Positions 51,778 through 59,852 of a DNA stretch of 64,000 bases are shown piece after piece. The position numbers were made by a program, and so were the translations under genes. The stretch lies in NCBI GenBank assembly GCA_965228875.1, contig OZ245843.1, forward strand, positions 726,616 through 790,615, written 5' to 3'. The notes beneath the pieces are model-generated. The model had not been told where the DNA came from. It searched no databases and saw only the letters and a program-made list of their open reading frames with translations. The DNA is from Thalassobaculaceae bacterium (GTDB lineage: Bacteria; Pseudomonadota; Alphaproteobacteria; Thalassobaculales; Thalassobaculaceae). Positions within the stretch are counted from its first letter, which is position 1. Every line of letters begins with the position of its first letter.

Positions 51778-52800
51778 ATGGCCGTACACACCGGGCGCGG
51801 CTTCGCCTGCATCAACTATCCCATCGGCATGAACCTGGGCGGCGACCCGAGCCAGGCCCTGGTGCATTCGACCCCGGACGGCAAGTTCATGGTCACGCTG
51901 AGCGCCATCGATCTCGGTCAGGGCATGAAGTCTGTCACCCGCCAGATCGCCGCCGAGGCGCTCGGCGTGCCGATCGCCGACGTCTATGTCGACACCGCGG
52001 ACAGCGATACCGGGGCCCACGACATGGGCAGCTTCGCCTCGCGCGGCACCCACAGGGTCGGCAATGCGGTGATCCGCGCGGCGACCGAGGCGCGCAACCA
52101 GATGCTTGAGGCGGCGGCCGAGGAGCTTGAGGTCGATCCGGGCGACCTGGAGACAGACGGGGCGGGCAACATCCATGTGCGCGGTGCGCCGGGACGATCG
52201 ATCACGGTCGCCGAAACCGCCATCGCCGCCCAGTTCAAGCAGGGACGGACCTTGTCCGGTCGCGGCATCTTCCTGATCCCGCCGGGCGAGGCCGATCCCG
52301 AGACTGGCGAGATGACGCCGGTGACCTGCTTCGCCCACGCCGCCCTCGTGGTGTCGGTCGAGGTCGACGACGAGACCGGTGAGGTCGCCGTCACCAAGAT
52401 CGATTCCGCCTACGAGGTGGGCCGCGCGTTGAACCCGAAACTGGTGGAACAGCAGCTCATCGGTGGCGCCTGGATGGGGGTCAGCCACGCGCTGTTCGAG
52501 ACCACGGAGCCCTATTACCCGGACCGCTCCCATGGGCCGGTCGACTTCAACGGCTACCTCATGCCGGGGCCGGGTCAGATCGTCCCCCACGACATCGCCA
52601 TACTGGAGCGTCCGGCGGAGGATGCGCCGTTCGGCGGCAAGGGGCCGGGGGAGATGTGCGCCAATCCTGTCCTGCCGGCGATCGCCAACGCGGTCTACGA
52701 CGCGGTCGGCGTGCGCTGCGACAGCCTGCCGATCACGCCGGAAAAAGTGCTCCGCGGTATCCGCGCCAACGGTGGCGCCCGGCGTCGGGGCGCGCTCTGA
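51778..52800 (+). CDS. Molybdopterin-binding subunit, C-terminal half
   Basis: DLGQG, GSFASRGT, VEVDDETGEV, LNP..VEQQL.GG, GKGPGE, AIANAVYDAVG, LPITPEKVL. Confidence 0.92.
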   Translation: MAVHTGRGFACINYPIGMNLGGDPSQALVHSTPDGKFMVTLSAIDLGQGMKSVTRQIAAEALGVPIADVYVDTADSDTGAHDMGSFASRGTHRVGNAVIRAATEARNQMLEAAAEELEVDPGDLETDGAGNIHVRGAPGRSITVAETAIAAQFKQGRTLSGRGIFLIPPGEADPETGEMTPVTCFAHAALVVSVEVDDETGEVAVTKIDSAYEVGRALNPKLVEQQLIGGAWMGVSHALFETTEPYYPDRSHGPVDFNGYLMPGPGQIVPHDIAILERPAEDAPFGGKGPGEMCANPVLPAIANAVYDAVGVRCDSLPITPEKVLRGIRANGGARRRGAL

Positions 52801-53681
52801 TGGCAGTGCGGGCGACAATCGGTGGTATCGGGTCCCCCGACGCCCTGCGCTCGGCGCTGGCCGGGGCCCAGTATCTCGCGGATGACGGCCTGGCGACGGC
52901 AGCCTACCTGGCGCTGGCGCTGGGCAAGCCGCTGCTGCTGGAGGGGGCGCCGGGAGTCGGCAAGACGGAGGCGGCCAAGGCGATTGGCGCCGTGCTGTCC
53001 CGCCATGTGATCCGGCTCCAGTGCTACGAGGGGATCGACGCCGCGGCCGCGCTCTACGAGTGGAACTATCCGCGCCAGATGCTGGCGATCCGCCAGGCCG
53101 GCGAGACCTACGTCAATATCTACGCCGACGAGTACCTGCTGGAGCGTCCGCTGCTCGCCGCCCTGCGCGCGCCGGAACAGAGTCTGCTGCTGATCGACGA
53201 GATCGACCGCTCCGACCAGGAGTTCGAGGCGTTCTTGCTTGAATTTCTGTCCGATTTCTCGATCTCCATCCCGGAGACCGGGACGATCCGCGCCGGCCGC
53301 CATCCGGTCGTGGTCCTGACCTCGAACCGGACCCGCGACCTGCACGAGGCCCTGCGCCGGCGCTGCGTCTATCACTGGATCGACTATCCCGATCCCTCGC
53401 TGGAAGCCGAGATCGTCATGGCGCGGGCAAGCTCGGTGGCGCGTGCGACGGCGGAGGCGGTGGTGGCGGCCGTCGGCCTGCTGCGCCAGGAACCTCTGGT
53501 GAAGCCCCCGGGCGTCGCCGAGACGGTGGAATGGGCGGAGGCCGCGACCCTGCTTCAGGCCCAGGGAAGCCGGTGGCCCGACGCATTCCGCCGTGCCATC
53601 GGCGTGGCAATCAAGGACCAGGACGACCTCACCTACATGGCGCCACGCCTCGACAGGGTGCTGCCGGGAGAGGCGGCATGA
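52800..53681 (+). CDS. MoxR AAA+ ATPase (CoxD-like)
   Basis: LLEGAPGVGKT, RLQCYEGID, LIDEIDR, LTSNRTRDLHEALRRRC. Confidence 0.93.
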   Translation: MAVRATIGGIGSPDALRSALAGAQYLADDGLATAAYLALALGKPLLLEGAPGVGKTEAAKAIGAVLSRHVIRLQCYEGIDAAAALYEWNYPRQMLAIRQAGETYVNIYADEYLLERPLLAALRAPEQSLLLIDEIDRSDQEFEAFLLEFLSDFSISIPETGTIRAGRHPVVVLTSNRTRDLHEALRRRCVYHWIDYPDPSLEAEIVMARASSVARATAEAVVAAVGLLRQEPLVKPPGVAETVEWAEAATLLQAQGSRWPDAFRRAIGVAIKDQDDLTYMAPRLDRVLPGEAA

Positions 53682-54778
53682 CGTTACCCGACGCCGCCAA
53701 ACCGTTCGTCGCGTTCCCGTCGGTGCTGAGAGCGCACGGCTTCGCCGTCGCGCCGGATCAGACCGTCGGCTTTCTGCAGGCAATCGGTCTCCTGGGGCCG
53801 CGCGACATGACCGATATCCGCCGCGCGGCGGTCGCCATGCTGGCGGTGCCGCGCGAGCGGGAGGATGAGTTCGACGCCTTGTTCCGCGCCTTCTTCCTCG
53901 GCCAGAGTCTGCCGGCGGCGCTGCCGGATCGCGAGGAGGAGGAGGTCGAGGCGCATGAGCCGGAAGGCGGCGTGTCGGAGGTCGAGGAGGGCGAGGACAT
54001 CTCCGACACCGGCGCGGAGGCGACCGCCGCGGAGCGTCTGTCCGCCCGTGCGCCGGGTCCGGGGACGGATATGGAGGCGCTCGACGGCTTCTGCCGGGCG
54101 GTGCCGCGCAGGCTTCCGAGGCGGCGCAGCTACCGGCTGGCGCCGAGCCGTCGGCGCGGCGTGCTCGATCTGCGACGTACCCTGCGCGAGGCGGCTCGGC
54201 GGGACGGCGAGGCGACGGTCCTGAAGACCCGTCGGCGCCGCGAGCGCCAGCGGCGGGTGGTTCTTCTGATCGACATCTCCGGTTCGATGAAGGATCGCAC
54301 CGACGATCGTCTTCGCTTTGCCCACGCGCTGGTCCGGGCCGGCGAACGGGTGGAGGTGTTCACACTCGGCACGCGCCTGACCCGCATCTCCGGAGAACTG
54401 CGGGTGCGCGATCCGGACCGCGCCATGGAGCGGGTCGGCCGGCTGGTAGCGGATTTCGACGGCGGCACGCGCATCGGCGAGGCGCTGCAGGCCTTTCTCG
54501 CCGTTCCCCGATATGCCGGATTCGCCCGTGGCGCCGTCGTCCTGGTGCTGTCGGATGGTCTGGAACGGGGCGGGCCTGAGGCGATGGTGGAGGCGATCAG
54601 GCGACTGTCGCGCCTGGCCTGGCGCCTGGACTGGCTGAGCCCGCTCGCCGACGACCCGGCCTACCGGCCGCAGACGTCGGCGTTGTCGGCGGTGCTGCCC
54701 TGGCTCGACGCGCTTGGCGACGGCGCCAGCCTCGCGGCGGTCTGCCGCCACGTTCTGACTCTTGGGAGACAGCGATGA
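53678..54778 (+). CDS. VWA-domain CoxE-like protein
   Basis: DLRRTLR, MIDAS DISGSM, GGTRIG, LSDGLERG. Confidence 0.92.
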   Translation: MTLPDAAKPFVAFPSVLRAHGFAVAPDQTVGFLQAIGLLGPRDMTDIRRAAVAMLAVPREREDEFDALFRAFFLGQSLPAALPDREEEEVEAHEPEGGVSEVEEGEDISDTGAEATAAERLSARAPGPGTDMEALDGFCRAVPRRLPRRRSYRLAPSRRRGVLDLRRTLREAARRDGEATVLKTRRRRERQRRVVLLIDISGSMKDRTDDRLRFAHALVRAGERVEVFTLGTRLTRISGELRVRDPDRAMERVGRLVADFDGGTRIGEALQAFLAVPRYAGFARGAVVLVLSDGLERGGPEAMVEAIRRLSRLAWRLDWLSPLADDPAYRPQTSALSAVLPWLDALGDGASLAAVCRHVLTLGRQR

Positions 54779-55650
54779 TCGATGCGCACCATCACATCTG
54801 GCGCCAGCGGGACCTGCCCTGGCTGCAGGGGGAGGAACAGCCGCGGATTTTCGGCTCCTACGCCTCGATCATGCGCGACTACCTGATCGACGAGTTCCGC
54901 GCCGACCTGGCGGGCACCGGCATCACCCGATCGGTCTACGTCCAGGCGAACTGGCCGCCGGCCGCCTATGTCGACGAGGCGGCCTGGGTCCAGTCGGTCG
55001 CCGACGCCACGGGCTGGCCCAACGCCATCGTCGGGTATGCCGATTTCACCGTGCCGGACGTGCGCCCCCAACTCGAGGCGCTGGCTGCCTTTCCCCGGAT
55101 GCGTGGTATCCGCCAGCAGTTCCATTGGCACGAAAAGCCTCTCTATCGCTTCGCGTCGCGTCCGGATCTAGCCACGGATCCGACGGTGCAGGCCAATGTG
55201 CGCCGGCTGGCGGAGTTCGGCTGGGTGTTCGATCTTCAGGTCTTCGCCGGGCAGATGGCGGGGGCGGCCGAACTCGCGCGGGCCTGTCCGGATGTCACCT
55301 TCGTCCTGCAGCACGCCGGGATGCTCGAGGACACCTCCGACGCCGGCCGGGCGGCGTGGCGTGCCGGAATGGAGGCGCTCGCCGCCTGCCCGAACGTGAA
55401 CACCAAGCTGTCGGCTTTCGGCACGTTCATCCACCGCAACGATCCTGCCTTCATCGCCGAGATGGTGGAGGCGACCGTCGCCCTGTTCGGGGCGGAGCGC
55501 TGCCTGTTCGGCTCCAACTTCCCGATCGAGAAGATATGGACGTCATACGGCGCGCTGTTCGCGGCGTTCCGGGACGCGACGGACGGGCTGCCGGCGGGCG
55601 ATCAGGCGGCGATCTTCGGACGCACGGCGGAACGGATCTACCGGATCTGA
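54775..55650 (+). CDS. Amidohydrolase_2 family lactonase-like hydrolase
   Basis: IDAHHHIW, SVYVQA, LQHAGM, KLS, FGSNFP. Confidence 0.88.
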   Translation: MIDAHHHIWRQRDLPWLQGEEQPRIFGSYASIMRDYLIDEFRADLAGTGITRSVYVQANWPPAAYVDEAAWVQSVADATGWPNAIVGYADFTVPDVRPQLEALAAFPRMRGIRQQFHWHEKPLYRFASRPDLATDPTVQANVRRLAEFGWVFDLQVFAGQMAGAAELARACPDVTFVLQHAGMLEDTSDAGRAAWRAGMEALAACPNVNTKLSAFGTFIHRNDPAFIAEMVEATVALFGAERCLFGSNFPIEKIWTSYGALFAAFRDATDGLPAGDQAAIFGRTAERIYRI

Positions 55651-55702
55651 GCAGAACACGGGGCTGCACCCCGGACCCACGACCTACGGCAGGGAGAGAG
55701 AC

Positions 55703-56551
55703 ATGGCCTTGACCATCCACGTTCTGGACTACGGCGACATCGAACTGGAGACCAGTTTCCTGGTGCTCGGCCATGAATGCGGCCGCACCCGCCGGGTTCC
55801 GGTCTACGGGTTCCTGATCACCGGCGGCCGCTATCCGGTGCTGGTCGACACCGGCTACCGCGACAACGCGATCATGGAATCGCTGGGCATGCGCGGCCTG
55901 CAGTATCACGACAACATGATCGAGAATCAGCTGGCTAGGCACGGCCTGAAGCCGGGGGACATCCGCTACATCCTGCACACCCACCTGCACATCGATCACG
56001 CCGGCAAGGACGACAAGTTCCCGATGAACACGACGGTGGTCATCAACCGCCGGGAGATGGAGTTCTCGGTGTCCGGCATCATGTACCCGCAGTACCCGAA
56101 GCCGGACGTCATGCACCTGGTGGAACGGATCTACGAGCCGGAGGCCATGCGCTTCCTCGACCTGGAGATCACCGGCGCGGAGGAGATCATCCCCGGGGTG
56201 TGGTGCGAACCGGCGGGCGCCCACACCGAAGGCTCGATGAACGTGATCGTCGAGACTGCGGAAGGGCTCGCCTGCATCTGCGGCGACGTGATCTACGACT
56301 TCAACGACCAGATCGTGAACCACGTCCACACCAACAACTGGATGGAGCCGCGGACCACGGGCAACCACTCCGGTTCCAAGCGCGAGGAGAAGGGGGCGAT
56401 CAAGAAGCTCCTGAACAACTACACGTTCCTGCTGCCGATCCACGACCGGCCGGCGCGGATCGAGAATGCCCACGTGGTCGGCAGGCTGGGCATGACCGTG
56501 CCGGGGCCGATGACCGAGACCCTGCCGGCCCGTGACTGGTTCCCGATGTAG
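55703..56551 (+). CDS. MBL-fold N-acyl-homoserine lactonase family hydrolase
   Basis: LVDTG, THLHIDHAG, AHTEGS, CGD, PIHD. Confidence 0.85.
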   Translation: MALTIHVLDYGDIELETSFLVLGHECGRTRRVPVYGFLITGGRYPVLVDTGYRDNAIMESLGMRGLQYHDNMIENQLARHGLKPGDIRYILHTHLHIDHAGKDDKFPMNTTVVINRREMEFSVSGIMYPQYPKPDVMHLVERIYEPEAMRFLDLEITGAEEIIPGVWCEPAGAHTEGSMNVIVETAEGLACICGDVIYDFNDQIVNHVHTNNWMEPRTTGNHSGSKREEKGAIKKLLNNYTFLLPIHDRPARIENAHVVGRLGMTVPGPMTETLPARDWFPM

Positions 56552-56581
56552 GCCGCCCGTCGCGCGCTGGAGGATTCAACC

Positions 56582-58237
56582 ATGTCTCATACCCCCGTCG
56601 ATCCCCGCTTCACCGACCTGATCGATCCCTATGCTCCGGTCACCCGGCTCGGTACCGGTTACATCTTCACCGAGGGTCCGATCTGGCATCCGAGCGAGCG
56701 TCATCTGCTGTTCTCGGACATGCCGGGGGACGTGCGCCGGCGCTGGACGCCCGACGGCGCCGTGCGGGAGGTCCAGCGCCCGTCGAACAAGGGCAACGGC
56801 ATGACCTACGACGCGGATCTCAATCTGCTGGTCTGCGAGCACGCGACGTCCTCGGTGGCGCGGATCCGGCGCAACGGGACGCGGGAGGTGCTGTGCAGCC
56901 ATTTCGAGGGCAAGGAGCTGAACTCGCCCAACGATGTCTGCGTGCATTCCAGCGGACGGATCTACTTCACCGACCCGACCTACGGCCGGCTCGAGCATTT
57001 CGGCGTGCCGCGGCCGCTGCAGCAGGGGTTCCAGGGTGTCTATATGCTGGAGGCGGACCACCGGCCGGGGGACGAGCCGACGCTGGTCTCCGACCGCTAC
57101 ATGTTCCGCCAGCCGAACGGGCTCTGCTTCAGCCCGTGCGAGCGCTGGATGTGGGTGAACGACACCGAGCAGGCCAACATCCGCATGTTCGATGTCGCGG
57201 CCGACGGCAGGCTGGTGAACGGGCGGGTGTTCGCCAGCGGCATCCAGGAGACCCGACGACCGGGCGTGCCCGACGGCATGAAGGCGGACATCGACGGCAA
57301 CGTCTATGTCACCGCGCCGGGCGGCATCTGGGTGTACGCGTTCGACGGTCTCAAGCTCGGCGAGATCGAGATCCCGGAGATGGCCGCCAACCTGCACTGG
57401 GGGACCGACGACTGGCAGACGCTGTTCGTCTGCGCCTGCACCTCGCTGTATTCCGTCCGGCTGCGCAAGCGGGGACGGGTCGAACCGTTCATGGCCGCCA
57501 CGCCGAGCACGACGCGCCCGACCGCTCCGGCATCGACGGCTCCCGCCCCGACCGGGCCTGCCGCGACCGCGTCCGCCCCGACCCCACCCCCGGCTGCGGA
57601 GACCGCCGCTCCCGTGGCCGGCTCCCCGGCCATCGATCCGCGCCGCACCGTGCTGATCCTTCAGGATCTGCAGAACGACGTGATCGTCGACGGCGGCGCG
57701 TTCGCCGCCAGCGGCGCGCCGGAGCATGCCCGGTCGCAGAACGTGGTCGCCAACGCCCGCGACCTGGCGGCGGCCTGTCGCGAGGTCGGTATCCCGGTGA
57801 TCCACGTCTGGATGGTGTGCGAGCCGGGCCACCCGCGGCTCGCCCAGCACGCGCCTCTGTTTCAGGGGCTGAAGGGCGAAAACGCGCTTGTCCGCGGGAC
57901 CTGGGGCGTCCAGCCGGTCGCCGGCCTCGAACCGCAGGACGGCGACCTCGTGGTCGAGAAGATGTCGATGAGCGCCTGGGAGACAAGCCGGCTGGAAAGC
58001 TACCTGCGGCACGGCGGCGCCGACACCATCATCAACTGCGGCGCCTGGACCAATATGTCGGTGGAGCACACCGCGCGGACCGGCGCGGACAAGGGATTCA
58101 GAATCCTCGTACCCGAGGATGCGTGCTCGACGATGAACGCCGACTGGCATCGCGCATCGATCCGATACGCCATGGCCAACGTTGCCACCGTGACGACGGT
58201 TCGCGAGGTCGTCGCTTCCCTGCGCCGATCAGCTTGA
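56582..58237 (+). CDS. SMP-30/gluconolactonase fused to isochorismatase-family domain
   Basis: FTEGPIW, LNSPND, PNGLCFSP, PDGMKADIDGN; Pro/Ala/Thr linker; QDLQND..EK..TARTGADKGF..EDACS. Confidence 0.88.
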   Translation: MSHTPVDPRFTDLIDPYAPVTRLGTGYIFTEGPIWHPSERHLLFSDMPGDVRRRWTPDGAVREVQRPSNKGNGMTYDADLNLLVCEHATSSVARIRRNGTREVLCSHFEGKELNSPNDVCVHSSGRIYFTDPTYGRLEHFGVPRPLQQGFQGVYMLEADHRPGDEPTLVSDRYMFRQPNGLCFSPCERWMWVNDTEQANIRMFDVAADGRLVNGRVFASGIQETRRPGVPDGMKADIDGNVYVTAPGGIWVYAFDGLKLGEIEIPEMAANLHWGTDDWQTLFVCACTSLYSVRLRKRGRVEPFMAATPSTTRPTAPASTAPAPTGPAATASAPTPPPAAETAAPVAGSPAIDPRRTVLILQDLQNDVIVDGGAFAASGAPEHARSQNVVANARDLAAACREVGIPVIHVWMVCEPGHPRLAQHAPLFQGLKGENALVRGTWGVQPVAGLEPQDGDLVVEKMSMSAWETSRLESYLRHGGADTIINCGAWTNMSVEHTARTGADKGFRILVPEDACSTMNADWHRASIRYAMANVATVTTVREVVASLRRSA

Positions 58238-58276
58238 GAGCCGGCCCCTGAACATTCGGGGCGGTGGCGGCCGGTT

Positions 58277-59797
58277 TCAGACGGCACTCCCTTCGGATCC
58301 CTCTCGGTCGGGGTGCTGCGGGTCGAGAATAGAGAAGTCGACATCGGGATAGCCTCTGAAGGCGGCTCTCGCGGATGCAATGATCTCCTTGGGAAGAATC
58401 TGGTAGCCGGCCCCGAACGCCAGGCGTGTCCCGCGCTTCGGGTTGAAGTTGACTTTGCGTGGAGATCGTCCGACGGCCTCGATCGCCGCTTCGATGCGGT
58501 GGAGGTCCATGTGAACATCGTGGAGGCTGGTCAGGTACTTCTGGAGCACGGGTGCCGGACGCTCCACCAGCGTCCTGCTGTCGACCATGAAGCCGTTCAC
58601 GTGGCCGGACTTGATCGCCCGGTACCAGGTTGTGAAGAAATGGAGTAGCTTGGGGAAGTCTTCCGCCATCAGCACGTGAAACTGATCTGCTTCGTCAAGC
58701 GAGACGAAGCGCCGATCCACCGAGTAGTTCATCGCGGCCCGCCAATCGCGGAGACTGACCAATGTGTCGAACACGTTGCGGACCGGCACGAGCGGGCGGA
58801 TGTCAAATTCGGAGAATGCCGATCTAACCAGGGCTGTTGCCGGCGCATGCTGGTGGAGGACCGCATTGCGTGGGAGGTGAGCCAGAAACGTGTCCAGATC
58901 CAAGTCGTCCGAAGTCAGTTTGGCGAAACTCAGGTTAAGAATGGGCAGGCCGAACAGGTCGGCCAGCGTATGGGCGACGAACACCGAGGCCGACTTGGCC
59001 GGCGCGACTACGTAGAACTGCTTGGCGTGTTCGGGAACGGGGTCCGGGTGAAAGTACGCGGCACGCCCAAGCCTCTTCCTGGTCTTGGCGCCGGCGAGGA
59101 TCGCTGCTTTCAGGGCGTAGGTTCCTGGTACACCGGCGTTGCGCAAGAGATCGAGGCCGGTCTCGACGCAGTCGAAGCGCAGCGCCGCCTGCATGACATG
59201 GACAGCGACATCCTCCGACGGCGATCGTTCGACCAGTGCCTCGACGAGCAATCCGGTGGCGTCGGAAACGTTGGCAAGATCGACATCCAGAAGCGCGCGG
59301 GCAATGAGCATGCCGATCAGCGGCTGATTGTTCCGGCAGTAACGACTCAATCGCAGCAGGAGGTCTAACCCGAGCGCATCACCCCCCATCTGGGCCGCGG
59401 CCGTTCCAATCGCGATCACGGCTGAAAGGGAACGGCCCTCGACATTGCGGGGACAACCCCATGCTGCGTGGCTGGCGCCAACAAAGCGCTTGGCGGCTAT
59501 CGGGGGGCGCCGGAGCGCGGACACCTGTGCGGCGACGAGCAGAAGGTCCGGGTCGCCCGGTTCCTTTACCAGAAGGATCCGCAGGTGTTCGTGCGCCCTG
59601 TCGATGTCATTTGCCGACAGCGCACGGTCGAGTGCTTCGATCTCCTGTGACCGGTCTACCTTCGTCCGGTCTCGGAGGGGAGCATTGCCGGCGGAGTGGG
59701 GTGCGTCGTCTGCTGATCTTGAGTCCCGGGACTGTTGAGGCGACAGGTCTGCGGGAGGGTGCGGAGACTGGGACATGGACGATTCCGGGCGGCTCAT
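58277..59797 (-). CDS. Hypothetical protein, helical N-terminus plus sulfotransferase-like P-loop domain
   Basis: AGGAGG RBS; VVAPAKSASVF (5'-PSB-like), VRNVFDTLVS (3'-PB-like). Confidence 0.6.
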   Translation of the reverse strand: MSRPESSMSQSPHPPADLSPQQSRDSRSADDAPHSAGNAPLRDRTKVDRSQEIEALDRALSANDIDRAHEHLRILLVKEPGDPDLLLVAAQVSALRRPPIAAKRFVGASHAAWGCPRNVEGRSLSAVIAIGTAAAQMGGDALGLDLLLRLSRYCRNNQPLIGMLIARALLDVDLANVSDATGLLVEALVERSPSEDVAVHVMQAALRFDCVETGLDLLRNAGVPGTYALKAAILAGAKTRKRLGRAAYFHPDPVPEHAKQFYVVAPAKSASVFVAHTLADLFGLPILNLSFAKLTSDDLDLDTFLAHLPRNAVLHQHAPATALVRSAFSEFDIRPLVPVRNVFDTLVSLRDWRAAMNYSVDRRFVSLDEADQFHVLMAEDFPKLLHFFTTWYRAIKSGHVNGFMVDSRTLVERPAPVLQKYLTSLHDVHMDLHRIEAAIEAVGRSPRKVNFNPKRGTRLAFGAGYQILPKEIIASARAAFRGYPDVDFSILDPQHPDREGSEGSAV

Positions 59798-59852
59798 GTG
59801 CTGTCCTCCTGCTGACCGTCGGGTCCGGTGCGGCCTGAGACGATGATGCACC

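Noticed and set aside
48608..54778. Aerobic CO dehydrogenase (cox) operon
   Set aside because: The active-site loop is AMRGFG, not AYxCSFR, and the large subunit is split
55703..56551. Quorum-quenching AHL lactonase or 4-pyridoxolactonase assignment
   Set aside because: Only the family motif is visible; no luxI/luxR or other vitamin B6 degradation genes are present to fix the substrate
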